A stretch of DNA of 64,000 nt from Balanoglossus misakiensis (Eukaryota; Animalia; Hemichordata): the NCBI GenBank assembly GCA_040954595.2, contig CM082588.2:9160844-9224843 (forward strand), read 5' to 3'. Made by a program: the position numbers and the translations under genes. Within the stretch, counting starts at the first letter, position 1; each line of letters opens with the position of its first letter. Under the pieces are notes generated by a model. It saw only the letters and a program-made list of their open reading frames with translations, was not told the DNA's origin and did not search any database. Positions 56,301 to 64,000 of this stretch are shown one piece after another.

Positions 56301-59300
56301 AGCACCGATTGCACCGTTTTCGATAACAACAGGACTACCGAGAATAAACTGCAAATTGTTTTTTAACTTCTCCAAATACACATTCTGGACTCCGATGCAT
56401 ACCCCTGTTGATATAGAACCTCCAGACAAGCCGATTGTCAGCTCTCGACCAGTTAACAAGACGTCAGTGAACGCTCGTTTCAAACTTTCAAACGACGTGT
56501 TACGAGACAAAGATTTCCAGTAGGTGTTTTCCTTGACTCCAAATTCTTTCCACGTGGCTTCTTCCATCGCGGTCTGCTGCCTGAACAATTCTATGCGATG
56601 GGCTATTTTCTTGTGTTGTTCGCGGTGGTCGACTTTCGGGAGGTACCGGGAGTCTGATATCGTCGGCTTTAGTGCCACGTGTGGACGACGAACGCTGTCC
56701 ACGTCCAGGTAGTTAATCAACACTGCAGCGAATCCGCAACATGCCAATAGTAGTATCCCAATGGTGCGGCCTGCGAGCCAGTTCTTCGTTGGATCTGGAT
56801 CCATGTTGACGACAGTTTTTTCCAATAACCATACGCCCTGGGAGAAGGGGACAGAGTCTGTTCAATAACTGAATGGTGGCCTGAAAATTCAGATCTCGCC
56901 TCACACGTTTGCCAATTTTGTTTTGTCTGGTACTAATAGGCCTACATCCCTAATCTTTCTTCTGTACAACAAGGTCACTCACCACTGACATGTAACGGTG
57001 TACTGTATTTGTTGATCGGGTCGCATTGTCATCTTCTCTGTCCGTAGACAAAGCAGGACAATGCGCTTACGTAATGTGCTGTAATGGTATGCATTGACTA
57101 ATGTCATACTTCAAGCCACAGTCCCTCTTTCTTGAGGGACTGTGGTGGAAGCTATTGATCCATTGCAATGTACCGAGCGCTCAGAATATCACCGTTTTTA
57201 AGTTGTAACGTATATCCCCGTACCTCTCACGTGACTGTGCCCGTACCATTGCACAATAAGCAATGAATTCGTTCGTCATGAAAAAAATCTCTCAATTCAA
57301 ACTAGAAATAGTTTACAGTATGTCCGCATTGTTGAGGTCAGTGTCCCAGTCGAGGTGAGTGTGTCGCTAGGTGTGCAGCGACCGTAGTTCATGAACGGCA
57401 CAGGCCATGGTAATATAATCGTATGTAGCTAGCGAGGATGCTCAGAAATATTTCAGAAATTTGCACTTTCTTTGTCCTCTCATCTACATTTTCTGCGGAA
57501 CAGATTAGTCCTTCGATGGAATATGTGAAATGTGCATTGCTGTACAAAATTCGGCAGTAAAATGGTCCAGGAGGGAAAAATCCCCGTGTGTCAGGAAATA
57601 AGCTTAGAATCGACAGGCGTACACGTTAGACAATGAGCCAGTAGGGGTTTACCTCCCCCCCCCCCCCCCCCCGGGGGGAATTTTTGAGACAATGTTTTTC
57701 TGAAAGCCTATCATATACTGAGTAAAATTCACTTTGTTTGCCATCTGGGCACCGGGGCGTTTTCGAGTTATTGGCTTCTAAATTATATTGGGTAACGTAT
57801 GTAGGAAAGCCTAAAAGTGCATATAAATTGACGTAGGGGGTAAATTAGTCTTGTAAAATACTGTCTCTCTGAACGTATACCTCGAACAACAGGGATGTAT
57901 TTGGTATCAAAAGAAAGCTTAATAAACAAGCTTTCCATTAATTACAAAATAAAAGTGATATGACAAATCATGACAACATAGTGACGTCATAAGTCAAAAT
58001 ACCCTTACGAAAATGGTGTTCTGTTCACCTATAAATGTGAGGTTTTGCAAAACATGTCTCTGTGCAATTGTACTGGTGAAAACTGTGATGTGTTTGATAT
58101 CAACAGAAAGCTGATTGAGTAAAGTATCTAATTATTGCAAAAAATTGATATAATAATCAATTACGTCATCATTACGTCATACTTCAAAGTACCCTTACCA
58201 ATTAGTGACTATGATGACAAGTTATTACCCTAGGAGATAGGTGCCTTTAAATAAAAAAATTGGTAAGGAAGGTTTGTGAAGTCCATTCTATGTAAAAATT
58301 GGTGCTGATTCCAAAAAAGTCAGTCTTATTGACCCCACCCAAGACAAAATTGCCATTTTGGCACTTTTTAACCCAAAAAAGGTCATTTTTAGAAAACACT
58401 AAAAACACACTGTTTTCGTCACATTCGAAGATCTGATGACATATGATATGCCTATTCTGTGTAAAATTTGGTTGATATTACGAAAAAAGCAGTCTAACTG
58501 ACCCCACCCAAGACAAAATTGCCATTTTGGCACTTTTTAACCCAAAAAGGTCATTTTTAGAAAACACTAAAAACACACTGTTTTCGTCACATTCGAAGAT
58601 CTGATGACATATGATATGCCTATTCTGTGTAAAATTTGGTTGATATTACGAAAAAAGCAGTCTGACTGACCCCACCCAAGACAAAATTGCCATTTTGGCA
58701 CTTTTTAACCCAAAAAAGGTAATTTTTAGAAAACACTAAAAACACACTGTTTTCGTCACATTCGAAGATCTGATGACATATGATATGCCTATTCTATGTA
58801 AAATTTGGTTGATATTACGAAAAAAGCAGTCTGACTGACCCCAAACGAGACAGAATTGCCTTTTTGACCATTTTTTGCCCAAAACGTCATTTTTAGACAA
58901 AAGTTAAAACACACTCTTCTCTTCATATTGATTTGATGATATATGGAAAGTCAATTCTATGTGTAAAATGGTGACTATAAAACATAAAGCAGTCTTTTTG
59001 ACCCCAATCAATACAAAAATGCCATTTTTGGCCACATTTTTGAGGTCAAAAGGGTCATTTTTACAAAAAAAACTAAAAACAAACTGTTTTCTTCATATTC
59101 AGAGATCTGATTATGTATGAAAAGTCCATTCTATGTAAAAAAAAATCTGATTGACCCCATTCTAGTCAAAATTGCGTTTTTGGCAATTTATTGCCTAAAA
59201 AGACCTACTTAAAACATTTTTTTCTCTAGAAAATGTTTAAAATGATAAATTTGTCTTAAATCATGTCATATCACTTTTATTTTGTAATTAATGGAAAGCT

Positions 59301-62300
59301 TGTTTATTAAGCTTTCTTTTGATACCAAATACATCCCTGTTGTTCGAGGTATACGTTCAGAGAGACAGTATTTTACAAGACTAATTTACCCCCCTACGTC
59401 AATTTATATGCACTTTTAGGCTTTCCTACATACGTTACCCAATATAATTTAGAAGCCAATAACTCGAAAACGCCCCGGTGCCCATATGGCAAACAAAGTG
59501 AATTTTACTCAGTATATGATAGGCTTTCAGAAAAACATTGTCTCGAAAATTCCCCCGGGGGGGGGGGGGGGGGAGGTAAACCCCTACTGGCTCATGGTCT
59601 AACGTGCACGTGTAGAACGTATTGCCTAGCTAGGTAGAACAATGACATACACTTTGAAATACTTTGACTTTCGGAATTTGGCACTTCGTTTCATCTCATT
59701 TTCGGGGAAGAAAAGACGAAACATTTAATGAACTATGTGAAAATTTGCTTTGGTTGTCAAAAATCGGCAGTAATTTGAGAATAAAGTCCCCGCATGTCAT
59801 TAGCTGAACCATAGAAAGTAGACAAAGAGGTACGTGTAAGTTTGAAATTGACACACACCATATTTACTGGGTAGGTACGTAGGTAGGGAATTTCTTTTTA
59901 TTTTGCAATTTTGGTTTAATTCTCTGGCCGCCGAAGTGGAGAAGAATGACATCATAGTTCTTGCGTGATGCGCGTGATTTCATCATGATTCGCGCAATTT
60001 TCATTAATTGTGTATAGTTCACGTCGTTATTTTTATTCCCGGGTTTACGAAGCTCTAAAAAGTTTAGAGTTGGCGGGTTAAAATTAGGGTAGGTCGGGTA
60101 ATCGAAACAGCACATATTTTTGTTTGGCCTTACTCTATCATGTTCATGGTATTCAAGTTGCCATATCATCATGATCATATATTATACAGTTGATGACCCC
60201 GCACTGCGACAGCAAACATACAAATATGTGCTTTTTCGATTACCCGACCTACCCTAATTTTAACCCGTCGACCCTAAACATTTTAGAGCTTCGTAAACCT
60301 GGAAGTAAAAATAACGATGTCAAATTTCTGAAAATTGCGAGAATCACGCGATAACTATAACGAAATCGCGTGCATCACGCAATAACTATGACGTCATTCA
60401 CCTAAACTGGCGGCCAGAGAAATAAAAAAAATCCCTCCCTACCTACCCTATTTAAAAAACACACACAATGTAATCGAAACAGCACATAGTTTTTATTTGG
60501 CCTAACTATGCCACATTATTACCGTATTTGCCGCATCATTCATAAGCGTTCATTTCCGCTCAGTTCTGAATTAACATCATTCAGTTTGAATCGTCAATTG
60601 CATTCTCTCTCGTAATAAAAGTCAGCATGACATGTCATTGATGTCTCGTCGCCTTAAGGATGTACGTTCAGTAAAATTGAAAGTATTGTATTTTGTAATG
60701 TGGATTTTTGGTTCTTCTTTGTATGTTTAATGAAAATCTGTAATAAAATATAGGGGTCACCGTGCTTGTTTATGGAATACAGAACCATGAATTTAGTCGA
60801 TAATAGAACAAATTGCAGTCAGCATTTTTCACCAATGGTCTGTCTATGGGCAAAATTTTTAACGCAATTTATCTCAAAATAGAGCGCGGTGACCACTTAT
60901 AATTTATTTGACCAATGAATGTATATTTACTGGACTGAGCTATGCGTAAAATTTCGTGAAATTGACAATTGCAGAAGTTTGTTTTCTAGCGATTATCACT
61001 GTAATCCTATGGGGGGAAAAGACGGGTGCGCGCAGTTTTATGGTTTTTGTTCTGCGCGTACACCCCGACGAAGCCACACCTCTGCTGCAGTATTTCCGTT
61101 ATTTATGTTTTTAAGACCCTTTTATATTTATCTGGTGACAGTGATGACAGGAAAAATGGTGGTAGTACTTGAAAAGAAACTGCTTCATTTTAAGTCTGGT
61201 CGTTTTCTCCGGCCGAGGAGGGGTCTGTGGATTGGTATGCTCTACAGGGAAGGCCATCGTAGGCCAACACTTGCACCAAAATGCATCACATCGACTTTTC
61301 TTTGGTACATCTGCAGGTTTTCACGACCCGGATGACAATAGGAGTTATTTCTGGGCGGACGGTCGTGAAGCAAATGTACTTGAGGGCAACTGGGGAAGTG
61401 GCCAACCGGATAACGCACTTGGAAACTGTACACAACTCCATTTGATGGAGTCTGACTATCCATGGGGCATGACCACATGCATGTCATTGCTACCTTCAAT
61501 ATGTGAAACCTCAGCATGTCTCTCAGGTATGAATCATGCGAGTGTGATATTCTTGACTATCAATCACGTGATCTGGCCATGTGACCCACGGCGTTGTCAT
61601 TTCCAGGTGCCTGGCAAGCAACATTTCGGCATCCAGAAAAAGTTTTTCCAAGTATGTTTTTACTTTAGAACCGCCAAACACATAACATGTATCAGGTATG
61701 GTGCCTCATCAGCCTCATGGCATTTCGTCTGCACAGTCTTTGTCTGCACCACGTTGTTGAAGTTGCCCGTCATCTGGAAATTTGAATGCCAACGTAACTG
61801 TTCCTGAGCGCGTCTGACGTCATGTGATATCGAAGAATTCAGACCCGTTTGTAATAACCAGCAAGAAACTAATACAATGCTTCCGGTTACGAATACATTA
61901 TTGGGGGATAACTGTGCACGAATAAGGATAAAAATGCAGCATCTGTTGCAGCTGACTTCTAGATTTGTCTTTGAGCAGAACAGCATGGCAAATTCAGCTG
62001 GCGCTAAGTACATGTATCTTGCCCAGATTTTGGTCTAAGTAATATCGTACTCTGGAAAGTATATTTTCTGTCAACGCGTGAAATGCCTCGGTGAGAAACT
62101 TTCCTGTGAATTCAATTTGTGACATTCAATATAATTCACCAGGGCAGCTTCAAATTAAATTGCATAAAACCAAGGAAGAATGTCTTCATTTATTTTCTAG
62201 ATCAGTTTCGATGCTTCCAAAGTGGCAACTGCTTGCCCGGACAATGTGTATGTGACGGCCATTTTGACTGTGGTGATGGAGACATTTCTGATGAACAGGG

Positions 62301-63242
62301 ATGCAGTGAAGGCTGCGGAGAAATTATTTTTGATGACAGAGGTACTATCTCCAGTCCAGGCCATCCGAACGATTACAGCAACTTCCAAGACTGCTGGTGG
62401 ACGATATCTGGGCCACCCAAGTCCAAGATAGTGGTCACGGTGAGACATTACATTGGTTCATACGGTATTTCTGTATATCATATTATCACAAAATGGCTCC
62501 AATTAGTTTATTATCACATGTCATTGGTGAAAAGAATAAATTGAATCGGACCTAGATAAGACCAACTCAAACAAAGTACCCAGGCTACAATGGGATGTTA
62601 ACTTGTGCGGTAGCAATTGGTGATTATGAAAGTTCTTTTTTTCCACAAAACAGCGTAAATAATATCTCATTGTGATAAGGCCAAAATAAAAAAATGTGCT
62701 GTTCCGATTACCCGACATACCCTAATAATAACCCACCGACCCTTAACTTTTAGCGCTTCGTAAACCCGGAAGTAAAAATAACGATGTCAAATATACAAAA
62801 TTTATGAAAATTGTGCGAATCATGCGAGAACGATGACGAAATCGTGCGCATCACTATGACGTCAACGGCTGCCAAAGATATAACCTACCCCTTTTATAAT
62901 ACTCTGTAATCGGAACAGCACATATTATTTTTGGGCCTTAGCGGTGGTGCGGGGTTGTGCTAAGCATTTGTTACGGTATCTCCTCAAATGCTGCCTATAC
63001 GTATCTGATCACGAACCACATTCTTTCTTCATGCCTATAGGTTTTGCAGTTTGAAACTGAAAGTTATCACGACAGCTTAGAAGTGATCGATGGACCAACG
63101 TATGACCACCAGAATTTGCTCAGCGCACACAGTGGTAGCATTATCCCTACCATTCCAATATCATCCAGCAATACAATTATGCTACGATTTACCAGCGACC
63201 ACTCAATTGTGTACACGGGATTTGTGATATTTTGGAAAGCAG
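50318..63242 (+). CDS. Uninflatable-like protein B (signal peptide, C-type lectin, LDLa, CUB; continues beyond the right edge)
   Basis: Exons 50318-50395 (MLPTIPRRRHYSVVLVVLIAVQTSNC), 52477-52540 (QLDLSQLY...FKCPPG), 53138-53219 (YVLHGSSCYQL...SWISAESLCQR), 53818-53930 (SGSHLVSVEGY...VWIG), 61317-61526 (WADG...NWGSGQPDNALGNC...PWGMTTC..LPSICE), 62201-62439 (LDLa plus CUB N-half, GTISSPGHPNDYSNFQDCWWTI), 63041-63242 (FETESYHD...SSSNTIMLRFTSDHSIVYTGF). All GT-AG and phase compatible. Confidence 0.88.
51232..51514. mobile_element. Harbinger/Tourist-like MITE (GGCCAAATAAAAA family)
   Basis: taa-ggccaaataaaaaaatatgtgctgttccgattac...gtaatcggaacagcacatattttttatttggcc-taa. Other copies at ~22465-22742, 53318-53604, 53983 (partial), 59868-60129, 60225-60502 and 62679-62936. 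Confidence 0.9.
52556..52835. repeat. Degenerate (GTCT)n/(CT)n microsatellite
   Basis: Directly visible just downstream of a donor site. Confidence 0.85.
55347..56804 (-). CDS. SGNH/GDSL-fold type II membrane protein (putative glycan O-acetyl esterase or transferase), single coding exon, nested gene
   Basis: Uninterrupted 485-aa ORF from the first in-frame ATG (MDPDPTK). It has an N-terminal TM segment (IGILLLACCGFAAVLINYL), block I GLSGGSISTG, block II ENGAIGATQS, block III DVLLWEFAAND and block V NNGHPDLKFH. Confidence 0.85.
   Translation of the reverse strand: MDPDPTKNWLAGRTIGILLLACCGFAAVLINYLDVDSVRRPHVALKPTISDSRYLPKVDHREQHKKIAHRIELFRQQTAMEEATWKEFGVKENTYWKSLSRNTSFESLKRAFTDVLLTGRELTIGLSGGSISTGVCIGVQNVYLEKLKNNLQFILGSPVVIENGAIGATQSLFHVYCMDIFLNLDALDVLLWEFAANDNAAESHCAPQEMFTIKALELPRQLQLVYINFYFLLKGQPCLARGYTNTCSKPLMQHYDVPSLDYRPVVCDLTTAGSDRSFHCQFGKNNGHPDLKFHAIAGAYLSRLFVDVLEDSLISLRRRPDMGYGSVIQRPMERPELPDPIFTSTQISNSQCWSTQIPGTGRNHPLVAITNGTWKFLVRSTGRGRLDKKHVWISTKANTTIVFAVNIKPYKTQKADVYIAVEKCKECGISKVWIDHLEPVNIDAIGKYAVGEIVKIGSSVYPGQHVVRVHASTPGFKVKALLSGY
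57622..59606. mobile_element. 2 kb non-autonomous DNA transposon with ~343 bp TIRs and an internal tandem array
   Basis: TIRs 57622-57965 and 59264-59606 (cacgttagac...gtctaacgtg), nearly identical. Confidence 0.9.
58280..59200. repeat. ~169 bp tandem repeat, about 5.5 copies
   Basis: Unit marker gacccca at 58331, 58500, 58668, 58837, 59000 and 59153; the first three units are almost identical. Confidence 0.92.
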
Positions 63243-63409
63243 GTAAAACATTCTGAACTTTCAGTTGTGTCCACACACACAAATTTTTATGTATAGGCGC
63301 TGAGGTTCATTCCCATAGACAATGGGTTGCGGAGAGGTGTTTATCCTTACACCGGCTCAGGTCTGGCCGGCAAAGCCGTCTCAAATCTGAGTCGTTTCAG
63401 GGCCACTTA

Positions 63410-64000
63410 GGCTGCATTCACAAACACCTCTGGAGGGGGGGGGGAGAATTGAGGGGTGGGGGGAATTTGAAAAAATTGAGGGTATGTAAGGGGGGGATTT
63501 GAAATAATTTAGGGACTGAAAGGGGGGTCTTGAAAACTTTGACGACTAAATATTTATTTTGAGTCCACTAAAATGCAGTTTCGCGCCCTTAATTTTACAA
63601 AATTTTCTAATGTGTGAGGGGGACACACCCTCCCACACCCACCCCCTCCATTCATCAACACCTTTCAATCATTGACTGATTTATCTAGTGTCCCAGGTCA
63701 GGGGACTTGCCCCCACCCCATGATAACTTTGAGCGGCGACGGTTAAATTTGTCCTCCCCAACATACCGGTAGTTGAGTTAATTTGCTTTTGCCGGGTTCA
63801 TTAAAATGCAGCTTTGAGCTCTGTATTTTATAACATTTTCTTACGTGGGAGGGGGACACCCCCTCCCAAACCCACCCCCTTCAATTCTCGGTTTACAATG
63901 TCTCCCAACACAGAATACAAATACTTAAAAAATAAAAACAATGTTCAGTTTTAATACCCACTGATGAGGGGAAACATCAGTTTCAAAATCTTTTCATGGG
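63410..64000. mobile_element. Harbinger-like element (GGCTGCATTCACAAACACC terminus), truncated by the window edge
   Basis: Reverse complement of 42898-43264; shares its interior with 17518-17810. Confidence 0.75.

Noticed and set aside
55395-56712. Plus-strand ORFs overlapping the SGNH gene
   Set aside because: Antisense shadows of the real ORF with no motifs.
57622-57660. CAC terminus considered as an RSS-like Transib/ProtoRAG end
   Set aside because: No CACAGTG or CACTATG heptamer, no nonamer and no 5 bp TSD.
58280-59200. Regularly spaced repeat considered as a CRISPR-like array
   Set aside because: Units repeat over their full length with no unique spacers; the context is eukaryotic and no cas genes are present.

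Overview
Intron-rich animal genomic DNA, not prokaryotic. Gene content and repeat landscape suggest an invertebrate deuterostome such as a hemichordate or echinoderm (inference). Six genes were reconstructed by hand from GT-AG exons with compatible phases. Two are divergently oriented paralogues with an uninflatable-like signal peptide/C-type lectin/LDLa/CUB N-terminus, one at each end and both running out of the window. Between them lie GDAP2, NSUN4 and a small EPN-type C-type lectin. A single-coding-exon SGNH-fold type II membrane protein is nested antisense in an intron of the right paralogue. Non-coding DNA is dense in non-autonomous DNA elements: TAA-, TTAA- and TA-flanked MITEs, a 2 kb foldback, and a 2 kb TIR element carrying a ~169 bp tandem array. 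At least three unrelated families share a long terminal hairpin capped by a GNA triloop plus short subterminal inverted repeats. No rRNA, tRNA, CRISPR array or intact transposase was recognised.
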